A stretch of 64,000 nucleotides of DNA from Candidatus Heimdallarchaeota archaeon (GCA_016840095.1 JAEOSZ010000095.1:32001-96000), one strand, 5' to 3'. Positions 10,477-20,125 are shown, numbered from the stretch's first letter. A program made the numbers and translations. The notes: a model not told the origin generated them from the letters alone.

Positions 10477-10526
10477 AAATCCTAATATTTAGAGGTTTCT
10501 CTCATCTTCTGAGTAAAACTGAATAA

Positions 10527-11369
10527 CTACTGCTTTTCAAGAATATAAAAACAATTCAGAGATTCTTTTTCTTTCTGCAAAGCAAAATCAATGATTGTGT
10601 AACCTTTGTTGAAATAATTCCTAAAAGCAGTTCTAGATTTGTTTCTCCAATCAATTGCAAGTGTTTTGTTATTTTCCATATATCTAGCTATGTTACTTGG
10701 TATTTCTATTGCAAGAATGGATTCATCCATCTCAAGCTTAACATCCATAATTTGTATGTAATTTCCTTTTTCTATAGTTTTCATTACTAGATGATTCTCA
10801 TTATCAACAATATCGGTAAAATCTCTATACTTCTTTATAAGATAATTTTTAACATGAGAAGAATCTAAATTCCAGTTGCAATACAGTCGGTCAGTTTCCA
10901 TCCCAACATTGAGTGCATCTATCATCTCCCCCCAATATCTAATATAATAGGTGTTACAAGTAGCTCCAAGTTTATGTAGATTCAAATAAGCATTCTTTGA
11001 TTGCAAGGGGTCAAAAGTCCAATTAATAAGCTCATAACCTTGTTTAAGGGCCCATTTTCTCTGTTCTAGTTTAAGTTGGAAACCAATACCTAAGTTACGG
11101 TATTTTTCTCTAACAGCATTGTGATGCGAGTAAATAAAAATACCAAAAGGTTCCTTGTTTCCTATCCATCCCCAAGTATATCCAATAATTTTATCCTCTA
11201 AGTAAGCTCCTATAACAACTCCTCCGCTTTTTCGTGTAGCATATATTAACCTCTTTGGGACGAGTTCACTATCAGGCATTTTCCAGGCATCACGTTGAAT
11301 GTCCTCTAATATAGAATATTCTGCAAAATCAACAATTTCTCTATATTGAATATCTTCTATCATATTCAT
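10527..11369 (-). CDS. GNAT acyltransferase of the NSAR-linked (D-amino acid N-succinyltransferase) type
   Basis: YSHHNAV..YRNLGIG..LKLEQR, WTFDPLQSKNAYLNLHKLGA and TDRL motifs; adjacent to the NSAR/OSBS gene. Confidence 0.8.
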   Translation of the reverse strand: MNMIEDIQYREIVDFAEYSILEDIQRDAWKMPDSELVPKRLIYATRKSGGVVIGAYLEDKIIGYTWGWIGNKEPFGIFIYSHHNAVREKYRNLGIGFQLKLEQRKWALKQGYELINWTFDPLQSKNAYLNLHKLGATCNTYYIRYWGEMIDALNVGMETDRLYCNWNLDSSHVKNYLIKKYRDFTDIVDNENHLVMKTIEKGNYIQIMDVKLEMDESILAIEIPSNIARYMENNKTLAIDWRNKSRTAFRNYFNKGYTIIDFALQKEKESLNCFYILEKQ

Positions 11370-11371
11370 CC

Positions 11372-12664
11372 CTACTTACTCTCTAAGGATAGTGATTGAA
11401 CAGTAGGATTAGAAAGCGCCTCAAATAGTATAACAGCAAAAGCATTACCAAGATTACTCGGGGTGAATCTCTCTCCTTTTGTTAATCTACGGATTTTAAA
11501 TTGCAATTGCTGAATAATTGTATCTTTATTCTCATCAATGTAATTGTGAGGATCTGTTACAAATTTAGCGTATTGACGTATGTCTATGATTGGGAGAGCC
11601 ATTTGAGGATATTCCTCAAAAATACTGAACCATGTGTCGAGTAAGTACTGCATGTACTTCTGTTGATCAGATATATCTTGAACCCCGAATTCTTCAATTG
11701 CCATCCTTTTCAATGCTATTTCGATGTTTTTCTCAAGATTTTGACGTTTTGTTTCTGTCAATTCTCTCTGGAGTTTCAATGTTTCAAATAATGTTTGTTC
11801 GATAGCTGCTAGTATCTGTTCAATTCTACCCTGGTCTACTTTTATTTGATCAAGCTTTTGGTACTCTTTTTTCACTATTGCATATTTTTCTTCAAGCTCT
11901 GATTGTCTTCGATTTATCATAGTTTTGTATGTATCTTTTACTTCTTGATAATATGGTTGAATTAAACTGAGATGTATTAAATCAAAAAGAATGTCTTCTT
12001 TGCCACTTAAAGGATAATAGGAAATAATATTCTGGTAAATTCTTCCTGCAGATTTTGGAATTTTATCAAAGTTTTCTTCTTGCAGTATTTTTTCTAGTGC
12101 ATGTGCAAAGATCGAAGCTATAAATCGTAAGTCAATTGAAAATTCACCAACTTCAAAATAGAGATAAGCTTCTGTAAGAGCTTCCACAAAGTTCCGTGAA
12201 ATCAAAATAGATTGGATGATATTATCCTCAACGTTTAAACTACATAATTCGATGAAATGATGAATTATATGCTTTGAAGAATTCATGACCGCTTTGATGC
12301 AATTCACAAAAGATGCTAGTAAGCCTACAAATTCATCATCTGTACAACTCATTTTCTTATCAGTTGCTTCTAGTAAAGCTGAAATGTCTTCTGCATAGGA
12401 CAGGGGTTTGTATTTCTTGATTAAGTCATCAGTTATTATAATACCATAAATAGCTAAAGCCATATCTTTCTTCTGCGGTGATAAAAATCCTATTTCTGTC
12501 TTCAATTCTTTCCTTAATTCATTCAAGAATGTAGGTTGAGTCTGAATGAAATGACGCATTTTTGATTCAAGATTTGAATAGAGTGCTCTAAAATCATTTA
12601 CAATTTCAACAACATCCCTTGATGTATAGCTTAGTTCTTCTGTATTGAAAATTTCTCCAGCCAT
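11372..12664 (-). CDS. Hypothetical helical/coiled-coil protein
   Basis: 430-aa ORF with heptad-rich segment around aa 240-320; abuts the upstream gene (TAAATG). Confidence 0.6.
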   Translation of the reverse strand: MAGEIFNTEELSYTSRDVVEIVNDFRALYSNLESKMRHFIQTQPTFLNELRKELKTEIGFLSPQKKDMALAIYGIIITDDLIKKYKPLSYAEDISALLEATDKKMSCTDDEFVGLLASFVNCIKAVMNSSKHIIHHFIELCSLNVEDNIIQSILISRNFVEALTEAYLYFEVGEFSIDLRFIASIFAHALEKILQEENFDKIPKSAGRIYQNIISYYPLSGKEDILFDLIHLSLIQPYYQEVKDTYKTMINRRQSELEEKYAIVKKEYQKLDQIKVDQGRIEQILAAIEQTLFETLKLQRELTETKRQNLEKNIEIALKRMAIEEFGVQDISDQQKYMQYLLDTWFSIFEEYPQMALPIIDIRQYAKFVTDPHNYIDENKDTIIQQLQFKIRRLTKGERFTPSNLGNAFAVILFEALSNPTVQSLSLESK

Positions 12665-13861
12665 TTATCCCATTCCTCCAAAAATAGAGAAGATTCTCTC
12701 CAAAGAATCTAGATTCTCTAGTTCTCTAACCTTTGTAAAAGGTGTAACATTCCAGTCTCTTAGTTCAGTTCTGCGAACTACATCCTCAGGGGTAAATTCT
12801 CCAGATATACTGCTTTTAACATCTCTCAAAATCATTGGTAAGGAAACAGCAGAAACTAAATCAGTAGATCTGTACCTTGTATCGGTTATACACGCAAAAA
12901 TGATTATATCATCTTTAGAGTTGAAATGGTATTCAAAGAATACTCTAACTTCATCATTTGTATCTTTTATATTGTAGTGCGCTAAAGAGGGAATTGCAAC
13001 TTTTTTGCTTAACTTTAGTTCCGAGATTTGGTTTAAGAGAAGAACAAGTCTTTTAGGTAGAAATGAATTTTGCACAAATTCCAGAATTCTTTTTGGGGAT
13101 ACTTCCTCTTTTGAAACCACAATTTCTGTAAGATTCTTAGGATAGATGAAAGATACATTTTCTACTCTTGTGACTGGTGGGGCTAGTACTATCTCTCCTC
13201 CACAGTCACACTTCACTACATCTTCTTCTACACCTTCGGAATATATCTTTCCACAGTTTCCATCACAAATCTCCAAGTCATCTAAAATTGAAGCTTTCAT
13301 TAGCAAAGCTGAAGTAATAACTGGAGTGATATTTGATTGTTCTGTTCCTCCACGTAGACTTGCCTCCTGGCACACTTGCCAGTGATAGAATTTACCTAAT
13401 ATTTCGAGATTTTCTTCTAAAACATTTAAAGGACTACTTTGCGATCTAAAACCTTCCTTTATCTGATAATCTATTCTCCTATAGACTCCTTGTAAAGAAT
13501 TCAGCATTTGTTTAATTTCAGGTGAAGTTTTTGACAAATTAATATCTCCGAAATTAGAAAAAAACAAGTTTAAAAAGAAGATACTGTCTTTCAGTTTTAA
13601 TAAAGTTATATTGGTACCTGGATTAGTCAAATCATCAATTGGTATTGAAGAGAGTTTCAAACCTTCTAGGGCAATATCCTTCTCATTGAAAATTTCATCT
13701 ATATTGACATTTTTAAAAAGCTGATTTAGTTGTCTCTTCATATTAACTGAAGTTTTAGCTTCTTCTGTTTCTAGGACTTTAAAAAAATGAATAGGATATC
13801 CTAGTTCCTCATCTAAATATTCACATCCAAGAATATTGTAAATATCTTTTACTTCATCCAT
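12665..13861 (-). CDS. Hypothetical protein with central Zn ribbon and possible longin-like flanks
   Basis: CDGNCG...CDCGG cysteine pairs; GGAG RBS upstream. Confidence 0.55.
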   Translation of the reverse strand: MDEVKDIYNILGCEYLDEELGYPIHFFKVLETEEAKTSVNMKRQLNQLFKNVNIDEIFNEKDIALEGLKLSSIPIDDLTNPGTNITLLKLKDSIFFLNLFFSNFGDINLSKTSPEIKQMLNSLQGVYRRIDYQIKEGFRSQSSPLNVLEENLEILGKFYHWQVCQEASLRGGTEQSNITPVITSALLMKASILDDLEICDGNCGKIYSEGVEEDVVKCDCGGEIVLAPPVTRVENVSFIYPKNLTEIVVSKEEVSPKRILEFVQNSFLPKRLVLLLNQISELKLSKKVAIPSLAHYNIKDTNDEVRVFFEYHFNSKDDIIIFACITDTRYRSTDLVSAVSLPMILRDVKSSISGEFTPEDVVRRTELRDWNVTPFTKVRELENLDSLERIFSIFGGMG

Positions 13862-14000
13862 ACTAAATTCTCCTGATTTTACCAGAAATCTAAATTTACT
13901 GAATTTTCTTAACCAAGTAGAGTATACTTAACTACTTGTAAATAGTTTTTCAACTTTTATATAATTTCTTGTGATTTTTGGTTAAACTCAGCATAAAATT

Positions 14001-14519
14001 CTATGAAATTTCATTGTTTTCCATAGCAATTGATACTATTTTCTTGAAAGCAGTAAAAAGGTTAATCTTTGCCTTTGCTGAAACCTCAAAATAGATTGTG
14101 TTTAATTTCTCTGCATACTTTTCTGCTTCCTCTTTTGTAACTTCTCTAGATTCTTCTAAATCTAATTTGTTGCCAATAACAATGACAGGAATGTCTCCTA
14201 CTGTTTGAATTAGTAAATCATGCCAGAAATCTAGTTTGCTAAAGCTCTCTTTTTTAGTGATGTCAAAAACAAGTGCTGCAACAACTGAACCCATGAAATA
14301 TGTAGGTAGAACTGGTAGAAACTTCTCTTGAGAACCTGAATCACCTATAATTAATCGAATATCTTTACCATCTATCATAGTGTTCCAGATTAGAAAATTT
14401 GCTCCTAAAGTAGGTTGATGAGTTATTGGGAATGAATCCTGAGCCTGTCTTAAAGCAATGGATGTTTTCCCAACACCTGGTTCTCCACATAATGAAACCT
14501 TATAGCTAATATCAGTCAT
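14001..14519 (-). CDS. Rab/Ras-like small GTPase
   Basis: G1 GEPGVGKT, G2 PTLG, variant G3 DSGSQ, G4 NKLD, G5 SAK; no C-terminal prenylation cysteine. Confidence 0.92.
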   Translation of the reverse strand: MTDISYKVSLCGEPGVGKTSIALRQAQDSFPITHQPTLGANFLIWNTMIDGKDIRLIIGDSGSQEKFLPVLPTYFMGSVVAALVFDITKKESFSKLDFWHDLLIQTVGDIPVIVIGNKLDLEESREVTKEEAEKYAEKLNTIYFEVSAKAKINLFTAFKKIVSIAMENNEIS

Positions 14520-14622
14520 TGTTTCTTTACTTCTCTATTTACTGCTTTAAAGCATTATTATAATCCTAAAGTGATAAAAGAAAATGATTTAAACAATAAA
14601 CTAAAACAGAGGATGACAAAGC

Positions 14623-14808
14623 ATGTCAGAAAGAGAACAATGTGGAGATTTTGAAATCTATCAAGATGAAGAAGATTGGTGGGTAGTTAAGAATACTATA
14701 ACCAAAGTGATTATTGGAAAATTCTTGAAAAAAGATGATGCTTTAGAGAAGATTGCAGCTTTTCTGCAAAGTGATGATGAAACTGCTGAAAGTGAATCTG
14801 TTTGCTGA
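14623..14808 (+). CDS. Small acidic 61-aa protein; candidate substrate or partner of the downstream radical SAM enzyme
   Basis: ATG after GAGGA RBS; ends at the start of the rSAM gene. Confidence 0.65.
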   Translation: MSEREQCGDFEIYQDEEDWWVVKNTITKVIIGKFLKKDDALEKIAAFLQSDDETAESESVC

Positions 14809-16253
14809 GTAAGATGGAAGCTAAAGATCAAGTTCTTCAGATATTTTTAAAAGAAAATAAGTATATTCTACTAGATAGTTCTACAAGATTGTTTTGGGTT
14901 CTTGAACCAACTAAGATTATACAAGAATTAGCTTCAAAGAAGTTGAGTTTTCGTTCTTTAATTGAGTTACTTGCTAAGAATGACGATTTATATTCAAAGG
15001 ATTTGTATCAGAAACTAATAAAACTCAGAAAGTTTCACTTTTTTAGCTATACAGAAAATAACATTCAAACCCCTCCAAGCACTACACAAACTGATATCAA
15101 TCACATCTACATAAATCCCTCTTCGGATTGCAATCTAGATTGTTGGTTTTGTTATGCCGACAATTTAAGGAAGAGAAAATTACCTAGGCTAGATATTGAA
15201 AACATATTGAAACTAATTCAGTCTGTATTAGATTACAAAGAAAGGATAAATTCAACTACAGCTTTAGGTGTTTCTATTGGTTTTACTGAAGAACTGAACC
15301 TGAATTTTACGATTTTTTTGGAAGTTTCTAAATTTATTGAAAAGATGAAAATTAATTATAATCATCCAATTTTTCTTTTTATTCCTTCATCAAATTTGTT
15401 GGATGTTTCTGATGAATTTATTGAATTTACAAACAATTATAAATTTTTAACAGTCTCCGTTGATATTGATAATGAAATACAAATTAGTCAAGTTATCAAA
15501 AATCTTGGGGAATTCAATAGCGACGTTAAGAAACATCTAATAATACCTTTTCATTCTAGAACAACCAACCTTGTAAAGCTGTATTCTAGATTTTCTGAAC
15601 ATTTCAACTTAATCTCTTTAAGACCAGTTAGAGTTAGTATAGATTCAAAACATCCTTGGAGTCAAGAAAACTTTGAGAATTTTAAAGAAGTAATCTCAAG
15701 ATTCTATCATGATCTCCAAATGCTGAATGATGAAAATCTTCTCTCAATATTTTCTCTTCTTGGTCCTGTAGATTATTTCTATCGTTATTTTAAGCGAATC
15801 ATTGAAAGACAAAAACTTAGTGAAAGATGCACAGCTGGAAAGACAGCTTTTGCCATAAATTCTTTGCTTGAAGTTTCTCCGTGCTCAAGTTTATTTAGTT
15901 GTGAAAAATTGAATGTAAAAATCCATGACTTTCAAGTGGAAAAAGCACTTCAAAGCTTAACGAAAAGATTACCAAATTATAAAGAAACTGAATGTTCAAC
16001 TTGCTACATATCAAGTTTCTGTGGGGGGCCTTGTATGGATTGGCTTGTAAAACAAGAAAATCAAAGGATATCAAATCCGAGCAAAATAGAATGTGATTTC
16101 AATAAGTATATTGTTGAGGAATCTTTGTCTTTCATAACTAATTTATCAGTGAATAGGCAAGCTGTTTTTGAAAAAATTGTAAAAAAAAGAGAACTTAGGA
16201 ATAGGTTGAACTATCCTCTTTCATTCAATAGTTTTTCTGAGTTTTTTAGTTAA
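14802..16253 (+). CDS. Radical SAM/SPASM protein with N-terminal RRE/PqqD-like domain
   Basis: CNLDCWFC; SPASM cysteines CTAG..PC..CSTC..FCGGPC..C; N-terminal ~75 aa has a three-strand plus helices RRE pattern. Confidence 0.82.
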   Translation: MLSKMEAKDQVLQIFLKENKYILLDSSTRLFWVLEPTKIIQELASKKLSFRSLIELLAKNDDLYSKDLYQKLIKLRKFHFFSYTENNIQTPPSTTQTDINHIYINPSSDCNLDCWFCYADNLRKRKLPRLDIENILKLIQSVLDYKERINSTTALGVSIGFTEELNLNFTIFLEVSKFIEKMKINYNHPIFLFIPSSNLLDVSDEFIEFTNNYKFLTVSVDIDNEIQISQVIKNLGEFNSDVKKHLIIPFHSRTTNLVKLYSRFSEHFNLISLRPVRVSIDSKHPWSQENFENFKEVISRFYHDLQMLNDENLLSIFSLLGPVDYFYRYFKRIIERQKLSERCTAGKTAFAINSLLEVSPCSSLFSCEKLNVKIHDFQVEKALQSLTKRLPNYKETECSTCYISSFCGGPCMDWLVKQENQRISNPSKIECDFNKYIVEESLSFITNLSVNRQAVFEKIVKKRELRNRLNYPLSFNSFSEFFS

Positions 16254-16254
16254 A

Positions 16255-16671
16255 CTAGGTTAAAGGCCAATCTAATAATGTTGGAAAATCATTTGGAGAG
16301 AATTCTAACCAACCAGCAGCTCTGAATATGATTAGCAAAAGCCAACTGAATGTAAACCAGATTAGCATTGCCCCAAATGTAGCATAAATTGCTCTTCTCT
16401 CTGAAATTCCTCCTCCTATTACCCATAAAATCAAGCATATGAAGAAGATTATTATTCCAAAGGTGATTAGATCTGCAGACCCGAAGAAATCTAAATAACC
16501 TCTAAAAACCCAAACACATGCTGCTACAACACCTAAGATTAAGTTTAACCAAGCCCATTTTCTTACTTCTCTTCTAAACATTATTGTGCACATTATTGCT
16601 GAAGCAAAATAGAAGAGGAGTGTATTGAAAACTATAGCTAGAATTATATGTACAGTAGGATCTAGTGCCAT
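16255..16671 (-). CDS. Small membrane protein (about 4 TM)
   Basis: Four hydrophobic segments. Confidence 0.7.
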   Translation of the reverse strand: MALDPTVHIILAIVFNTLLFYFASAIMCTIMFRREVRKWAWLNLILGVVAACVWVFRGYLDFFGSADLITFGIIIFFICLILWVIGGGISERRAIYATFGAMLIWFTFSWLLLIIFRAAGWLEFSPNDFPTLLDWPLT

Positions 16672-16756
16672 GCTCCATGTAAAAACAGCTTACTAAATAA
16701 GTTTTATTCTAATATGCGTTAAACTTAACAGTTTGCTTTCAATTGTATATTAACAG

Positions 16757-17890
16757 ATGTTTGTTCCACCAAGAAAGCACTTCCATCAGCAATTATGCAA
16801 CATATGCAATCAAGAGAAGACTCTATCTTCTTCACTAGGTATTTGCAAAACATGTCTCATAGAATACGAAATAGATTCAGAGAATTCAGTGATACAAACA
16901 CATGCTCATTCAAGAGAGAAATTTGTACTCCCAATTAATCCACCAAAAGGTGATTCTTTTTCCTGTGATCTTTGCAACCACAATTGCAGTTTTTCTAGCA
17001 ATGACCTTAGTTTTTGTGGTTTAAGATATACAAAGGATGATAAATTTATATCTAGGTCTTCAAAGAACTCTGCAACTCTGGATTTCTACTTTGACCCATT
17101 ACCATGTAATTGTTGTGCAGCTTGGTTTTGCCCAGCTGGTACTGGTAAAGGGTATCCAGAGTATGCTTACAAAGAAGGAAAAGAAACTGGCTATTATAAC
17201 CTTTCAGTCTTCTTCTATGGTTGCTCTTTTAATTGTTTATTCTGCCAAAATAAAAGTCATAAGAATGTAAGGATTGCTTCTAAAGTATCAGTAGAAAGAC
17301 TTAGTACATCTTTTAAAAACAATAAGAAAGTTTCTTGCGTTTGTTTCTTTGGTGGATCTCCTGAACCACAATTCGTTTATGCTTTAGAAGTGTCAAAGAG
17401 AATTCTAGAAATTGCAAAACAGGAGAAAAGAATAGTTAGAATCTGCTGGGAATGGAATGGTTTTGGCAATCAAAAATATATAGAAAAAGCTGTTCAAATA
17501 TCTTTGCAATCAGGTGGCAACATTAAATTTGATTTGAAAGCATGGTCTCCTCAAATTCACAAAGCACTAACAGGTGTAAATAATAAGAAGGTACTTGAAA
17601 ATTTTGAATATGTAGCTAAGAATTTTTTTGAAAAACGTCCTGAACTACCCGTTCTTAATGCAACTACACTTCTGGTTCCAGGATATATTGATGAGTATGA
17701 AGTGGAAAAAATAGCTTCTTTCATTGCAGAACTTGATCCAAATATTCCATACTCACTTCTAGGTTTTTACCCTCATTTCGAGTTTTCGGATTTACCATTA
17801 ACTACTCGAGCTATAGCAGAAAGATCTTTAGAAATTGCATCTAGTTATTTGAACAATGTCAATATTGGAAATAAACATCTACTTCTTTAG
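16757..17890 (+). CDS. Radical SAM protein, PFL-activase-like archaeal family with N-terminal Cys-rich region
   Basis: GCSFNCLFCQN, CFFGGSPEPQ, RICWEWNG, KFDLKA and TLLVPGY motifs. Confidence 0.85.
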   Translation: MFVPPRKHFHQQLCNICNQEKTLSSSLGICKTCLIEYEIDSENSVIQTHAHSREKFVLPINPPKGDSFSCDLCNHNCSFSSNDLSFCGLRYTKDDKFISRSSKNSATLDFYFDPLPCNCCAAWFCPAGTGKGYPEYAYKEGKETGYYNLSVFFYGCSFNCLFCQNKSHKNVRIASKVSVERLSTSFKNNKKVSCVCFFGGSPEPQFVYALEVSKRILEIAKQEKRIVRICWEWNGFGNQKYIEKAVQISLQSGGNIKFDLKAWSPQIHKALTGVNNKKVLENFEYVAKNFFEKRPELPVLNATTLLVPGYIDEYEVEKIASFIAELDPNIPYSLLGFYPHFEFSDLPLTTRAIAERSLEIASSYLNNVNIGNKHLLL

Positions 17891-17897
17891 CTAAAAA

Positions 17898-18599
17898 TTG
17901 GAATTCTTTTTATACTTAGAACCATTAAGAATAATGATGAAATTTTCATTGAAATTTTGTTTCTTCTTAATTTCAATATTCTTGTTCATCTCTGCGTCTC
18001 AAATTCAATCCTCTTTACCAGAAATTAAAGAAGTTGATATAATTCAAACTAGAATTACCGAAATAAGCTGGCCCTTTGAATCAGAAGTAGAAAGTGATTG
18101 GACTATATTTAGTTGTGACATAACTTTTGAAATTATGAATAATAACTCTGGATTTTATGTCCACGTTGGAGGATTGCCATACTTCATTCCTAGAATAAAC
18201 GCTAGTTTCGTAGAAACATCATTAGATGTTGGTATAAGTTACGTCTTCGTTACAATCTCTACAGATATTCTGATTAAGGAAGGCATAGAGAAGAGGAAAA
18301 CTGGTTTGTCTTTTTATATCTTCAACTATAGAAACTCCACACTAGCATTGGGTAACTATACAATATGGTATGGTGTTAGAAGTGAACCATTTGATTTTGA
18401 GTTGGATCCTTTTTATACTATAATAAATGTAACAGAGAATAAAGTGTTAATAACTCATCAAGGTACAAACGAAACTGTTACTTATCCAGAGGAAGAAACT
18501 CCAAGTACGACAAGTAGCTTTCTATCATTCTCGTCGCTTCTTTTATTAAATTGTTTAGTGATTTTTAGGAAGAGAAACAAATCTAGAAATTTAACTTAA
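17898..18599 (+). CDS. Secreted protein with C-terminal membrane anchor (start probably near 17934)
   Basis: Signal peptide, beta-rich body, Thr/Ser/Pro linker, hydrophobic helix and RKRNK tail. Confidence 0.7.
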   Translation: MEFFLYLEPLRIMMKFSLKFCFFLISIFLFISASQIQSSLPEIKEVDIIQTRITEISWPFESEVESDWTIFSCDITFEIMNNNSGFYVHVGGLPYFIPRINASFVETSLDVGISYVFVTISTDILIKEGIEKRKTGLSFYIFNYRNSTLALGNYTIWYGVRSEPFDFELDPFYTIINVTENKVLITHQGTNETVTYPEEETPSTTSSFLSFSSLLLLNCLVIFRKRNKSRNLT

Positions 18600-18969
18600 G
18601 AAAATGACTTTCGCAATGACTCATACAGTCACTGTTTCCGAAATCTATTACAGGAGATGTATCAACTAATTTACTCAGCACTTTGTAAATTTCACATTCT
18701 GTTTTCTTGTTAATAGAAATAGCAATTCCAATAATTTCACAGGATTGATGCATAGTAATTTGATCAATATGCCAGTGTTTTTTCTTTAGTCTTCTTAGAT
18801 GACGATGAATTCGTGAGGATAACCCTCCAGCTCCAAAAGCACTACCTACATAGAAGTAGAATCCTTTATTTAAAGTTTTTAATTCACTATGTATATTGAT
18901 AGTAATTTCTTCAGAGGTGTATAGAAAGAGAATATATGTACCCTTTAAATCTTGAGTAAACTCTATCAG
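18583..18969 (-). CDS. DUF123 / GIY-YIG (Uri) nuclease family protein (not in ORF track; non-canonical start, probably CTG)
   Basis: Hand translation: LIEFTQDLKGTYILFL...GFYFYVGSAFGAGGLSSRIHRHL..KKKHWHID..EC..DFGNSDC..CESH..LNF, stop TAG at 18583-18585. Confidence 0.8.
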   Translation of the reverse strand: MIEFTQDLKGTYILFLYTSEEITINIHSELKTLNKGFYFYVGSAFGAGGLSSRIHRHLRRLKKKHWHIDQITMHQSCEIIGIAISINKKTECEIYKVLSKLVDTSPVIDFGNSDCMSHCESHFLKLNF

Positions 18970-18986
18970 GGGTCCTGTGAAAATAC

Positions 18987-20021
18987 TTATCCCTCTTCCA
19001 AATCTGTTGCTTTTTCCCAGTATTCAAGTGTTTTTTCTTCATCTCCAAGATCTTCAGAAATATCTCCAAGCATTCTATAGATTCTTGCTTCATTCTTATT
19101 ATGTCGTAATGCATCTTCTAGATATAAGATAGCCTTATCATAGTCTTTTGAAGCCCATGATAGAGATGCAAGTGACACTGATGCTTCAAGGAAAGCAGGA
19201 TCTCTACTCAAACACTCCTCATAGTATCTAATAGCTTCTTCGATATTTGCTATGGAAGCATAAATATTTGCCAAATTGAAGAATCCTAGAACATTATCTG
19301 GATCAAGTTCAATCACTTTTGAAAACGCATCTATTGCTTGGATGAAATCTTGTTTTGCTTCCTGGGTTTTTCCAAGATAAAACCATGCTTGAAGATTCTC
19401 ATCATTAATCTTTGAAACGGTTTGGAAATAATCTTCAGCTCTATCATAGTTATCTAGTTCGAGATAAGTTTCTCCTATTTGCATGAGAATTTTTTCATTT
19501 GTTGGATCAAGTTGTTCTGCTTTCATTAAATTATTCCAACTCTCAATTTCATTTCCCATTTTCTTGAAAATAACAGATAATAGACTGTAAACCTCTATAT
19601 TTTCTTCATATTCAATGAAATTTGAGAAAGCTCTAGTAGCACCAGCATACTCTCCAATCTCATAATATAAATGACCTATCTTATTCCATAGAAGGTATTT
19701 CTTAGGATCTAACTCACATACTTTCTTCCAGGAAATTAGTGCTTGATTCCAGTTCTTTAAGTTATGATAAACGTCTCCTAGAAGTTCCAATGTTTCAAGA
19801 TTTTCAGAGTCAATTTCAATTGATTTATTAAGATAATTAAGTGCTAAATCTGGTTTATGTATTAAATAGTAGATTTTAGCAATAAAATTTAGAAAAGTAA
19901 TCTCATTTTCATAATACTGTACTTGTTTCTCTAAAAGGTCTATAGCTTCCTCTATTTTGCTTTCTTCTATCAAACGTTCTGCTTCTGTTAGTATTGCAGA
20001 TAAATCATTTTCTTCAAACAT
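18987..20021 (-). CDS. TPR-repeat protein
   Basis: About nine tandem TPRs, e.g. AWFYLGKTQEAKQDFIQAIDAFSKVIELDP. Confidence 0.92.
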   Translation of the reverse strand: MFEENDLSAILTEAERLIEESKIEEAIDLLEKQVQYYENEITFLNFIAKIYYLIHKPDLALNYLNKSIEIDSENLETLELLGDVYHNLKNWNQALISWKKVCELDPKKYLLWNKIGHLYYEIGEYAGATRAFSNFIEYEENIEVYSLLSVIFKKMGNEIESWNNLMKAEQLDPTNEKILMQIGETYLELDNYDRAEDYFQTVSKINDENLQAWFYLGKTQEAKQDFIQAIDAFSKVIELDPDNVLGFFNLANIYASIANIEEAIRYYEECLSRDPAFLEASVSLASLSWASKDYDKAILYLEDALRHNKNEARIYRMLGDISEDLGDEEKTLEYWEKATDLEEG

Positions 20022-20125
20022 TAATATCCAAACAGAAATCTTTCCTTAAGAACATTACGAAATAATGTTAATTCTAAAGGAAAGTAAAGAAAATTTTAAG
20101 TTAAACGTTAGAATTAGTATAGTAG

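Noticed and set aside
14001-14060. Prenylation of the Rab-like GTPase, linked to the ICMT-like gene at 39007
   Set aside because: The GTPase ends in MENNEIS with no cysteine, and ICMT/PEMT-like proteins are common in prokaryotes.
14803-14812. Selenocysteine readthrough at TGC-TGA of the 61-aa ORF
   Set aside because: A TAA follows after one more codon, and I see no SECIS-like element.
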